From an uncultured Candidatus Saccharibacteria bacterium (GTDB lineage: Bacteria > Patescibacteriota > Minisyncoccia > UBA6257 > 2-01-FULL-56-20): a DNA stretch of 57,077 bases. Positions 35,069 to 42,947 of this stretch are shown one piece after another. The number at the start of each line of letters is the position of its first letter. The stretch's first letter is position 1. The notes under the pieces are model-generated. The model saw nothing but the letters and a program-made list of their open reading frames with translations, had not been told where the DNA came from and ran no database searches. The stretch covers positions 1 through 57,077 of the forward strand of contig CAYHXC010000009.1 of the NCBI GenBank assembly GCA_964360585.1, given 5' to 3'. The translations under genes were made by a program, and so were the position numbers.

Positions 35069-35515
35069 ATGGAAAAAGAAGAATCTAAAAAGGCAGAACG
35101 GCTTGAATACGGGGAAGCTGATTTTGATCGCAAAATTGAAGAGATCAAGAAAGGAGCGAGTGAGCAAAGTAGACAACTGGCAGAAGACTTCGGAGGTTTT
35201 GAGGTGCAGTATTTGAATAACTTGCCTGCATTTTTTCCGATTCCCGGGGGACATTATCGAGATAACTTTTCAGTTTCCGAAAGACTAGAAGAAATCAACC
35301 CAGGTTCTCTCTCCGAGGAGTTTAAAATTGCTATAAAACGCCAAAAACAATTATTTGAAGACATTGATCGTTATTTGCAAACTCTTGGCTTGAGTGAGGA
35401 AGAAATGGCAAGTATGAGTGTGGTAGGTTTGCGTGGAGAAAAAATAGACTTGCTTAAAAAAGTCTACATTGCCATGCGCAATAAAGGTTATTCACACCGA
35501 GAGTTGACTGCCTAG
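35069..35515 (+). CDS. Hypothetical acidic protein (148 aa) starting 2 nt after tRNA-His
   Basis: MEKEESKKAERLEYGEADFDRKIEEIKK... The ORF-track version (35009) overlaps the tRNA, so I moved the start to ATG 35069. Confidence 0.55.
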   Translation: MEKEESKKAERLEYGEADFDRKIEEIKKGASEQSRQLAEDFGGFEVQYLNNLPAFFPIPGGHYRDNFSVSERLEEINPGSLSEEFKIAIKRQKQLFEDIDRYLQTLGLSEEEMASMSVVGLRGEKIDLLKKVYIAMRNKGYSHRELTA

Positions 35516-35524
35516 GATAAAGTT

Positions 35525-35545
35525 TTCAAATCCCGATAGGCACCC
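35525..35545 (+). repeat. Perfect 21-nt direct repeat of the tRNA-His 3' end
   Basis: ttcaaatcccgataggcaccc is identical to 35047-35067. Confidence 0.85.
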
Positions 35546-35654
35546 CAAGTTATAAGAAAGGGCTTATTGTGTGTAAGAAAAAGTGTAATTCTAACTCCGG
35601 GTAATATTGCCCAGTTTTTTGATTATCTGTTTTGCCCTTGTTTTCTTATACGTA

Positions 35655-35706
35655 TAACTTTATAAAGTCTTGATATTTTGACTAACTTTATAAAGTTTGG
35701 TAATAT
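35655..35706 (+). promoter_or_regulatory. Candidate promoter of the HTH-Fic gene with two copies of the palindromic operator TAACTTTATAAAGT
   Basis: ACTTTATAAAGT is a perfect 12-bp palindrome at 35657-35668 and 35685-35696. A TTGACT (35678-83), 17-nt spacer, TAATAT (35701-06) promoter is present, and the second palindrome fills the spacer. Confidence 0.55.
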
Positions 35707-35739
35707 AAAAAATATCCGCTACAAGCCAAATTAGCTTTT

Positions 35740-36672
35740 ATGAACACACGTCAAAAACTTGAAGTAATCAAAAAAATGCTTGGCCTGACTCAGACTAAAC
35801 TGGCCGAAAAATTCGGTGTGTCTTTTGTTGCCTTCAACAGCTGGTGGACCGGCAAATCCAATCCGAGACCGAAGAAGCAAGCCGCCATAGACGAGCTATT
35901 TTTAGAAGTGACCGGCCAAAAAATAATTCCTGCTGACCAACTTACGGCAAAAAAACAAATACTCCTGCAAAAATCAAGGGATCATAAAAATATAGTGGCA
36001 GAAATTTTGGATAATCCGGATATTCGCGATCAATTCGTTCTCAAACTCACCTACCATAGCAATAGCATTGAGGGCAGTACGCTCTCTGAGCCAGACACGG
36101 CAGCAATCCTTTTTGACAACGCCGCGCTACCTAATAAAAGCCTGACCGAGCAACTGGAGGCGAAAAATCATCAAACCGCTTTGAATTATTTATTCGACCA
36201 TGTCGCTAGAAAAGAAAAGATTGATGAAGCTCTGGTACTTAAACTCCATAGTATTCTGATGAACGGCGTTCATCCGGATGCTGGTATGTATCGCAATCAC
36301 GGAGTTAGAATCACTGGCGTTAATTTACCGACTACAAACTACATGAGCGTTCCTAAACTGATACCTAAAGTAATGACTCGTATTACAGAAAAAACCAAAG
36401 ATATTATCGCTTTGTCTGCCGATGTGCATAGTACATTTGAACAGATCCACCCATTTGGAGATGGCAACGGCCGAGTCGGTCGCTTGCTCATGAATGCTAT
36501 GCTACTTAGCGCAAATTTTGCTCCGGCTATTATCCGCCAAGAACAAAAACGACTTTACTATACCTATCTTTATAAAGCCCAGACTAAAGATGATCAAAGC
36601 CAGCTCGAAGATTTTCTTTGTGAAGCTGTTATGGATGGATTCAAAATCTTGAACCGCGTGGATGTTAGATAA
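35740..36672 (+). CDS. Fic-domain protein with an N-terminal HTH
   Basis: Fic motif HPFGDGNGRVGRLLMN. The N-terminus LGLTQTKLAEKFGVSFVAFNSW is HTH-like. Confidence 0.88.
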   Translation: MNTRQKLEVIKKMLGLTQTKLAEKFGVSFVAFNSWWTGKSNPRPKKQAAIDELFLEVTGQKIIPADQLTAKKQILLQKSRDHKNIVAEILDNPDIRDQFVLKLTYHSNSIEGSTLSEPDTAAILFDNAALPNKSLTEQLEAKNHQTALNYLFDHVARKEKIDEALVLKLHSILMNGVHPDAGMYRNHGVRITGVNLPTTNYMSVPKLIPKVMTRITEKTKDIIALSADVHSTFEQIHPFGDGNGRVGRLLMNAMLLSANFAPAIIRQEQKRLYYTYLYKAQTKDDQSQLEDFLCEAVMDGFKILNRVDVR

Positions 36673-36775
36673 TCACTGATCGTCTCACCCTTAAAAGGCA
36701 CCCAAAGTTTTTATACTGAGAAACAAAAAGGCCGTCTTTTAGGGACGACCCAACATAGCTTTTGCGTTGCCGGTT

Positions 36776-37051
36776 CTATTTCGGCAAATAATTCAAAAAC
36801 GTGATGGCATCCAGAGGGCTCAGCTCTCTCAAGATCTTCACCCCAGCCGAGCGAACCTCGGTGGCCGAATTGGGGTCATTGTTCCAATTCAGTCTCATGG
36901 CGATGCCGCCTACCGTTTTCCCCAAGAAGAGGCCATAGACTGGTTTCTTTTGGCCATGGTAATAAACAACCAGCATGGTTTTGTCGGGGATCCACTGTTC
37001 AGAGGGTTTCGTTGCTTCCTTGACGATCTTTTCGAAGCTCTTGGTTCTCAT
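36776..37051 (-). CDS. Hypothetical protein (91 aa)
   Basis: An ORF with plausible composition. No recognisable domain. Confidence 0.45.
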   Translation of the reverse strand: MRTKSFEKIVKEATKPSEQWIPDKTMLVVYYHGQKKPVYGLFLGKTVGGIAMRLNWNNDPNSATEVRSAGVKILRELSPLDAITFLNYLPK

Positions 37052-37252
37052 GGGTTTCCTCCACCTACTAGGGCAGATGATGTCATCAGGCTAAAATTTA
37101 GTCAAGAAGAAAGGGTATTCGGAGCAGACTATCTTTGAAACTCGCAATCTGTTTCAAACGGTAAACTTTGATTTTCCGTCAGGCATCCGAAATCGTTTCC
37201 TTTTCTATTCCGTGGTATAAGGAATGTAGTAAGTCGAACAAGGGGAGGATGT

Positions 37253-37864
37253 ATGGTGCAAAGAAGGATTTGGCGCGGTTCGCTCTCTTCGTTTTTTCTC
37301 ATCGGGCTCGGATTTACTCTTGGAGCTCTACCGGCCTCGCGAAGTCGTGTGGTTGATGCCTCGTCAGTGGCCTTGTCGTATGGGGTCAAGACAGTGGTTG
37401 AGTGGGTGGATAACGACGTCATCTTTTCCACCGAGCACTGGGACATCGTTTTACACGAGCGCCAGTACTACTTGGGAAGAGCGACGATGCGGCTCAAGCG
37501 ACTGTGCTTGGACTTGTCCTGCGTGACAGAAGAGGAGTGGCTGGACGCTCGGTTCGCCTTCAATCTTTTTGACCAAGCGGCAGAAAAAGCCTTCGGAGCT
37601 GAAAAGGTGAATATCGGTTTTTTGACGAACAATGGACTCGATATCGCGTCCGTTATTCCTCCGATTTCATTTGTTCACTTCCATCTTCGACCGCGCTATC
37701 GACATCCGGTGTGGATGGCCGGTCGGATGTTTACCGACAAACGTTTTGGAAAGAATTTTTGGCGCAATGTTTCCGAAGACGTTCCGCTTAGCTTTGCCGA
37801 CCGTCAGGAGATCATCGCCGCCCTGCGCGCGCAACTTCCTTTCGAAGTCGCAAACTCCCGGTAA
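37253..37864 (+). CDS. Hypothetical protein, possibly HIT-like (tentative)
   Basis: SD GGGGAGGA lies before ATG 37253. SFVHFHLRPRY loosely resembles the histidine-triad motif, but only two His residues are present. Confidence 0.5.
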   Translation: MVQRRIWRGSLSSFFLIGLGFTLGALPASRSRVVDASSVALSYGVKTVVEWVDNDVIFSTEHWDIVLHERQYYLGRATMRLKRLCLDLSCVTEEEWLDARFAFNLFDQAAEKAFGAEKVNIGFLTNNGLDIASVIPPISFVHFHLRPRYRHPVWMAGRMFTDKRFGKNFWRNVSEDVPLSFADRQEIIAALRAQLPFEVANSR

Positions 37865-37909
37865 CCCCGCGGAGTTTTTTTATTGTGTGTAGTATAATGA
37901 AGTGAAAGT

Positions 37910-38317
37910 ATGAAAAATATACGACTTTCACATTATCCATTCTATCTCGATCTTTGGTTCACCTGGCTGATTGCTACGGCTATGTATGGAGCCCTGCCTT
38001 TCTTTGGAGCAGGATTCGTCGCCCTCATCGCGGGACGTTTTGCGCCGCTCGGATGGTTATTTTTTATGGCTTTCGCCGCTTCCTTTCCGAATGTCGCAGT
38101 GCAAGCAATAGGTGCGCTTATTCTTTTCCTTGTTTTTATCTGCGGTGGCGATTTAGTCGCAGAGAAACTTGGAATACAATCATCGGCAAAAAAGATTATG
38201 TACAATCTTATACTGCTTCTTGTACTGACATTTCTGGTTGATATAGTACTGTTTGGTCCAGTCGTAGCCTTGTCATTTTTGTTCACAGGAGCTCTACCGC
38301 TCCCCGCCTCGCTTTGA
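37910..38317 (+). CDS. Hypothetical integral membrane protein (135 aa, 4 TM helices)
   Basis: Hydrophobic throughout. The antisense ORF at 37942-38322 is rejected. Confidence 0.6.
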   Translation: MKNIRLSHYPFYLDLWFTWLIATAMYGALPFFGAGFVALIAGRFAPLGWLFFMAFAASFPNVAVQAIGALILFLVFICGGDLVAEKLGIQSSAKKIMYNLILLLVLTFLVDIVLFGPVVALSFLFTGALPLPASL

Positions 38318-38363
38318 GGCATCCTACGCAGTGGTCATTTTCGCGATTTGCTACAATTGATGT

Positions 38364-38606
38364 ATGAAAACATATTGGAAATTTTTGCTTTTAGGTAGTC
38401 TATTGCTACCTTCTCTTTCTTTTGCCTGCTTAGAAGGACCGGCCGGCACTGATCAAGTAGGATGCGGCACCGAGAAAGCGGGATGGTACGATGCCATTGT
38501 TTCCATTATAACCACGCATCCTATCGAAACTTTTCTTGTCGTTGCGTTAGTGGTTGTTGCAGTAACCGCAAATATCGTTCGGAAAAAGAAGAAGGTGTCT
38601 GTATAG
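38364..38606 (+). CDS. Small secreted or membrane-anchored protein (80 aa)
   Basis: Signal peptide (FLLLGSLLLPSLSFA) and a C-terminal TM segment plus KKKK anchor. Confidence 0.55.
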   Translation: MKTYWKFLLLGSLLLPSLSFACLEGPAGTDQVGCGTEKAGWYDAIVSIITTHPIETFLVVALVVVAVTANIVRKKKKVSV

Positions 38607-38615
38607 TATAGAACC

Positions 38616-38960
38616 ATGGAAAAACCACCGAATCCAGAAAGGAAAGTAGAAAAAGGAGAGGTCATTGCGGCTATTCGGGAAAGGGGGCTTGGTGATCCTC
38701 AAGTACGAGAGCTTGTTTCCGAATGGACCTTGCAACAAGAGGAAAGAATACACGGGGCGGGATTAAAGGGAGAAAATGTAGTTCAAGCGAGGATAATTTT
38801 TGATATTGATCGAGCCGATTTGTATGTGGCGGCTGGAGATAGAGAAGGCGCCCTCGCCGCTCTCGAAGACGCTCGACTCCAAGCTCACCAGGAAAACGAG
38901 ATGGAGTTGTATGCTGAGATTATGCAAAAAATGGACGAGCTAGAATCATTTTTGAGATAA
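38616..38960 (+). CDS. Hypothetical helical protein (114 aa)
   Basis: The ORF starts 10 nt after the previous stop. No recognisable domain. Confidence 0.55.
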   Translation: MEKPPNPERKVEKGEVIAAIRERGLGDPQVRELVSEWTLQQEERIHGAGLKGENVVQARIIFDIDRADLYVAAGDREGALAALEDARLQAHQENEMELYAEIMQKMDELESFLR

Positions 38961-38963
38961 CAG

Positions 38964-39011
38964 CATTCACAACATTCCAACATTCTGCAGAATGTTAGAA
39001 TGTTGTGAATG
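38964..39011. repeat. 48-nt loop-less palindrome centred on CTGCAG
   Basis: cattcacaacattccaacattctg|cagaatgttagaatgttgtgaatg. The arms match at 23 of 24 positions. Confidence 0.8.
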
Positions 39012-39037
39012 TCCTTGTGAGTGGTAATCTTGTACTT

Positions 39038-39669
39038 ATGAAGTGGAAACTGCCACCGGAGATAAAAATCTATGAGGCACTTGGGGCGGTCGGGGATAAG
39101 CGAGTTGAAATATCCGGGAACACGGCCAAAGTTTATTCTTCGAGTCGGAAAAAGTTTTATGATGTAACGTATGATCCAGATACGCGGGCAATTATGACCA
39201 ATGACAACGGCTCCTACTGGCAGGGGTATCAGAGCCTGTTCGAAGACCCCATATTCTGCAAGCCAATCGATCTTTTCGGCTATAAACAGTTTTTTGCTCC
39301 TTGCCATAGCCAAAGCTATGCCTCGTCTCAAGAAAACTGTTTTCGCTCGAAAACCTCAACAGTTTGCAACGAAAGAGGGTCTTCGAACAGGCTCTTAGCT
39401 ATCCGGCGATCGCGTTTTTAATAGAAAAGGAGATTATCAAAACTGATCGGCGATTCGCGGAAGCACTTAAGGGTATTCCTTGGAAAGACTTGAATGTGGA
39501 GTTTAAGAACGATTACAGTCGAGTGATCCAGAAAATCCACGTGGATCTCAAGATTAAAGATTTCCCGGTTGCCGAACTGGTTTCTGAGATTCTGAAAATT
39601 GCAAAACAAATCGAAGATTTAAAGTTGGAGGTTTTGGGTAAAAAAGTAAAACCACCAAGCGGCTATTAA
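39038..39669 (+). pseudogene. Gene (MKWKLPPEIKIYEALG... family, function unknown) interrupted by a MITE
   Basis: ORF1 (to 39230) and ORF2 (from 39404) join in frame once 39231-39403 is removed, giving ...NDNGSYWQGY|PAIAFLIEKEII... Confidence 0.7.
39231..39399. mobile_element. MITE-like insertion with perfect 19-bp terminal inverted repeats and a TATC target duplication
   Basis: agagcctgttcgaagaccc (39231-39249) is the reverse complement of gggtcttcgaacaggctct (39377-39395). TATC occurs at 39227-30 and 39400-03. Confidence 0.75.
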
Positions 39670-39704
39670 AATAAAAACCACTTCCTGCAAAGCAAAAAGT
39701 GGTA

Positions 39705-40316
39705 TCAGTAGAGTCTCACTTCCCACACGATCATTCTTCTGTTTGGCAAAACTCCGACCTTGCGATCGAAACCGCTAAACTCAACAACGTGGTCAGGGTA
39801 GATATCGAGAAGCTCCATCAGACTTTCTATGTCGGGAGGCCAGAGAAAGAGGTGGAGAACTTCAAGAGCTTGCATTCCGTAGACATTCCGACCCGATGAG
39901 CCAAGGGCTTCACGCATCAGTTTATTCTCGGTTGCGTAGAAAAGTTCCAAGCCTCGCGACCCTCGCATCACTTCTCCATTGATGAGATAGGTAATGCGAT
40001 CAGGCGAAAGCTGTTCGCTGAAATTGAAATCCTCTTTTTGCCAACCTTGTTTTGTCAGCTTATCTAACTCATTCTCCAGCTGATGAATATTCAGGTTGAT
40101 TATGAGAGGGCCTCCCCATCGGTTGCCTCGGTATCGGATGGCTACAGTTCCGGCGAATGTACTTGCTTTGGCTTCTTTGAGGGAATCCCAGGTTCGAGAC
40201 TTGTTGCCAAGAATCCCAGTATTCCATAGTTCATAGAACACTTTCTTGGACTTTATAATTGTCACCTCGAACCTCCTTGCTACTGAATTTATAAACAAAT
40301 CCTCGTATAATTGCAA
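39705..40316 (-). CDS. Hypothetical protein (203 aa)
   Basis: A clean ORF. I cannot assign a domain. Confidence 0.6.
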   Translation of the reverse strand: MQLYEDLFINSVARRFEVTIIKSKKVFYELWNTGILGNKSRTWDSLKEAKASTFAGTVAIRYRGNRWGGPLIINLNIHQLENELDKLTKQGWQKEDFNFSEQLSPDRITYLINGEVMRGSRGLELFYATENKLMREALGSSGRNVYGMQALEVLHLFLWPPDIESLMELLDIYPDHVVEFSGFDRKVGVLPNRRMIVWEVRLY

Positions 40317-40340
40317 AGTATGAAATGGAAGCTGCCACCG

Positions 40341-40371
40341 AAAATAAAAAGCACCGAATTTTGTTCGGTGC
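40341..40371 (-). terminator. Rho-independent terminator of the DUF1660-like gene
   Basis: The minus strand reads GCACCGAA-CAAAA-TTCGGTGC followed by TTTTTATTTT. Confidence 0.65.
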
Positions 40372-40376
40372 CGATA

Positions 40377-40634
40377 CTAGAGCGGTTTGAGACCGAACAT
40401 CCTGTAAATGTTCGGACGGTTTCGTTTCCAACAGTTGTTATTAGCAAGTCCGTAGCGTTTATCGCCCAAGAGATACGGCGGTCGAGGCTTCGTTTGTCCT
40501 CTGGCCGTACAACGTTTACAAACGTACTCGCCGACCGGCACGAATCCATTTTGGCCCGGGCTCCAGCGAGTCGCAGTTTGTTCCTGAGAAAAAGTTGTGC
40601 GGTGACCAATAAACCAACAGATTAGCCACATCAT
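40377..40634 (-). CDS. DUF1660-like prophage-type small protein
   Basis: MWLICWFIGHR...CKRC matches the DUF1660 pattern as I remember it. SD GGAGG lies upstream. Confidence 0.55.
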   Translation of the reverse strand: MMWLICWFIGHRTTFSQEQTATRWSPGQNGFVPVGEYVCKRCTARGQTKPRPPYLLGDKRYGLANNNCWKRNRPNIYRMFGLKPL

Positions 40635-40775
40635 TACCTCCATATAGACTCATAATCGGAGTACTATCGTTATTGAAAATGATTGCTCGTAAAGAGTCAA
40701 TTAAGACTTTGTAACATTAGTAAGATAGGCTACAATACTTCCACTACTAGCAGTTCGGGGAAGGGTCAACTCTTT

Positions 40776-41450
40776 ATGAATTCAAAAAAACTTTACATAA
40801 TTGTTTTCATCATTCTTCTTATTGGAGTCGGTTGGTTTTTGTATCCGAAGCCTATTCAGAAAGGCGGACTTGGCGGAGGACCTTTGATACCCGGAATGTC
40901 GGCTTATGGAGAAGAATTTAGTTGCTTTGGTTTTTCGTATACAGAATTTCCTTCTGAGGGTTGCATGGATTGTACAAGCATAAAGAAATGTGTCGGCATC
41001 CCTTATAATCGTTCATGTTTTATTGTGACAGATAATTCGACGAGTTTTTCTCGAGTACCGACTGAGTGTAAGAAAGATGATGTCAGGCCTCCCACGAGAG
41101 CTCAGGCAGAGAAAATAGTACCAACTCAAACTGTGAATTCGGATGTAATTCACGAGCAAGCTCCTTTGGGTATTACTGAAAAGGATAATGGTAAAACGTT
41201 CGTGTACAATGTCACCTCTAGGTTTTCTATCGATTTAAACCCGCAACTATATCCGTTTATAAAAAATTGGAATTGTGTTCCATCAGGAATTATCGGTTAC
41301 GTTTCCAATCTTTCAGTTAAAGGCCCCGATAGTTACCCTATTGGTTTTGAAGCAGTTCGGGTTGGTCAATGTAAGTTAACTAATAAAGATTTTTCCATAA
41401 CCATCGGTGTTATGGACATAATTGAGCCTCCAGTAATGCCTGGCAACTAA
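40776..41450 (+). CDS. Hypothetical membrane-anchored extracellular protein (224 aa)
   Basis: Start at ATG 40776 (MNSKKLYIIVFIILLIGVGWFLY). A Cys-containing ectodomain follows. Confidence 0.65.
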   Translation: MNSKKLYIIVFIILLIGVGWFLYPKPIQKGGLGGGPLIPGMSAYGEEFSCFGFSYTEFPSEGCMDCTSIKKCVGIPYNRSCFIVTDNSTSFSRVPTECKKDDVRPPTRAQAEKIVPTQTVNSDVIHEQAPLGITEKDNGKTFVYNVTSRFSIDLNPQLYPFIKNWNCVPSGIIGYVSNLSVKGPDSYPIGFEAVRVGQCKLTNKDFSITIGVMDIIEPPVMPGN

Positions 41451-41529
41451 GTTTTATGATCTAACCTTTCTCCAAGTAGTATACAAAGAAACCACGTCGC
41501 GGTTTTTTATTCGTATTTGTAGCCAATGA

Positions 41530-41660
41530 ATCCCCTCACCTAATGGGAAATGGAATTCGGGAAATAAGCTTTAATTTATTAACTAACATGAAAGAGTCGT
41601 TAAATTATATGATGGGATGTAACCGTTTCAGTACGGTTGTTTCCCATTAGGTGTAGGGAT
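41530..41660 (+). repeat. Long-range hairpin upstream of glyA whose right arm includes the AT of the start codon
   Basis: atcccctcacctaatgggaaa (41530-41550) pairs with tttcccattaggtgtagggat (41640-41660) with two mismatches. There is an inner hairpin aaccgt-ttcagt-acggtt. Confidence 0.65.
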
Positions 41661-42939
41661 GAAAGACAAAATTGTATCCACCTTAATTAAAAAAGAAATT
41701 GTTCGTCAACAAGAGACGCTCGATCTCATTCCATCGGAGAATAGTGTTTCCGAAGATGTTTTGACCGCGCTTGGATCGCCACTCGTAAATAAATACGCCG
41801 AAGGATATCCGCGAGCGCGGTACTATCGCGGGAACGAGTTTGTTGACGCGGTTGAGGAGCTGGCCCAGGAACGCGCCTTAAAGGTTTTTAAACTCTCGCC
41901 AAAAAACTGGCACGTAAATGTACAGGCCTACTCTGGCTCGCCGGCGAATCTCGCGATCTATCTTGGCCTCGTGCCGCTCGGAGAAAAAATTATGGGCTTG
42001 CGTCTCGACATGGGCGGGCACCTTACGCATGGTCACAAAGTGAGCATGACTGCCAAAGCCTGGCAGTCATCGCCGTATGTTGTCGATAAAAAAACGGAGC
42101 AGTTTGATTACAAAGCAATCTTGAAACAAGCCCAAGAGGAAAAGCCACGGATTATTGTGGCTGGCGGCACGGCGTATCCGCAACAGATGAACTGGAAAAA
42201 ATTCCGCGAAATTGCGGACGCAGTTGGCGCCTACTTACTTGTCGATATGTCTCACATTGCCGGTCTTATCGCTGGCGGTGCATATCCCAGTCCGTTCTCC
42301 GCCAGAGGCGGACAAGCCCTCGCCGATGTGGTGATGACCACAACGCACAAAACCTTGCGCGGTCCGCGGTCAGCTTTAATCTTCGCTCGTCGCGATTCAA
42401 AAATTGCCAAGCACTATAACATTGATATTCCGAAAGCGATTGATAAAGCAGTCTTTCCTGGTCTTCAGGGTGGACCGCACATGAATCAGATTGCGGCCGT
42501 GGCCGTGACACTTTTTGAAGCGCTCGATCCGAAGTTCAAAACGTATGCCAAGCAGACCGTGAAAAATTCCGAAGTGTTGGCCAAAGAGTTAGCCAAGCTC
42601 GGCTGGCGAATTATTTCCGGTGGGAGCAAGAGTAATGTCGTTTTGATGGACGTGTCGGTTAAGGGACTTGGTGGCGAAGAGGCGAGTGTGCGATTGGAGA
42701 AAAACAATATTGTGACCAACAAAAACACGATTCCCTATGATCCACGCCCGCCCAAGGATCCTTCGGGGGTTCGACTTGGAACACCGTCCTTAACAACGCG
42801 CGGCATGAAAGAAAAAGAAATGAAGATCGTGGCGAAACTCATCACGGACGTTTTACTCAAAAATAAAAATGTGAAGGTTGATGTGGTGAGACTAGCCAAA
42901 AAGTTTCCGTTGAAGTATCGTGTGAATCGTTACATCTAA
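41659..42939 (+). CDS. glyA: Serine hydroxymethyltransferase
   Basis: LIPSENSVSEDVL...VNKYAEGYP..RYY.G and the PLP-lysine motif TTTHKTLRGPR. Confidence 0.95.
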   Translation: MKDKIVSTLIKKEIVRQQETLDLIPSENSVSEDVLTALGSPLVNKYAEGYPRARYYRGNEFVDAVEELAQERALKVFKLSPKNWHVNVQAYSGSPANLAIYLGLVPLGEKIMGLRLDMGGHLTHGHKVSMTAKAWQSSPYVVDKKTEQFDYKAILKQAQEEKPRIIVAGGTAYPQQMNWKKFREIADAVGAYLLVDMSHIAGLIAGGAYPSPFSARGGQALADVVMTTTHKTLRGPRSALIFARRDSKIAKHYNIDIPKAIDKAVFPGLQGGPHMNQIAAVAVTLFEALDPKFKTYAKQTVKNSEVLAKELAKLGWRIISGGSKSNVVLMDVSVKGLGGEEASVRLEKNNIVTNKNTIPYDPRPPKDPSGVRLGTPSLTTRGMKEKEMKIVAKLITDVLLKNKNVKVDVVRLAKKFPLKYRVNRYI

Positions 42940-42947
42940 AAAGTGCT

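Noticed and set aside
37942-38322. 126-aa minus-strand ORF
   Set aside because: It is antisense to a clearly hydrophobic 4-TM ORF, and its product is Arg/Ala/Pro-rich shadow sequence.
41451-41658. A ZTP (pfl) or THF riboswitch upstream of glyA-folD
   Set aside because: The leader is AT-rich and lacks the conserved GC-rich cores of those classes, for example CCGCCTGGG for ZTP. It is treated as a member of the hairpin-cassette family, pending an Rfam scan.
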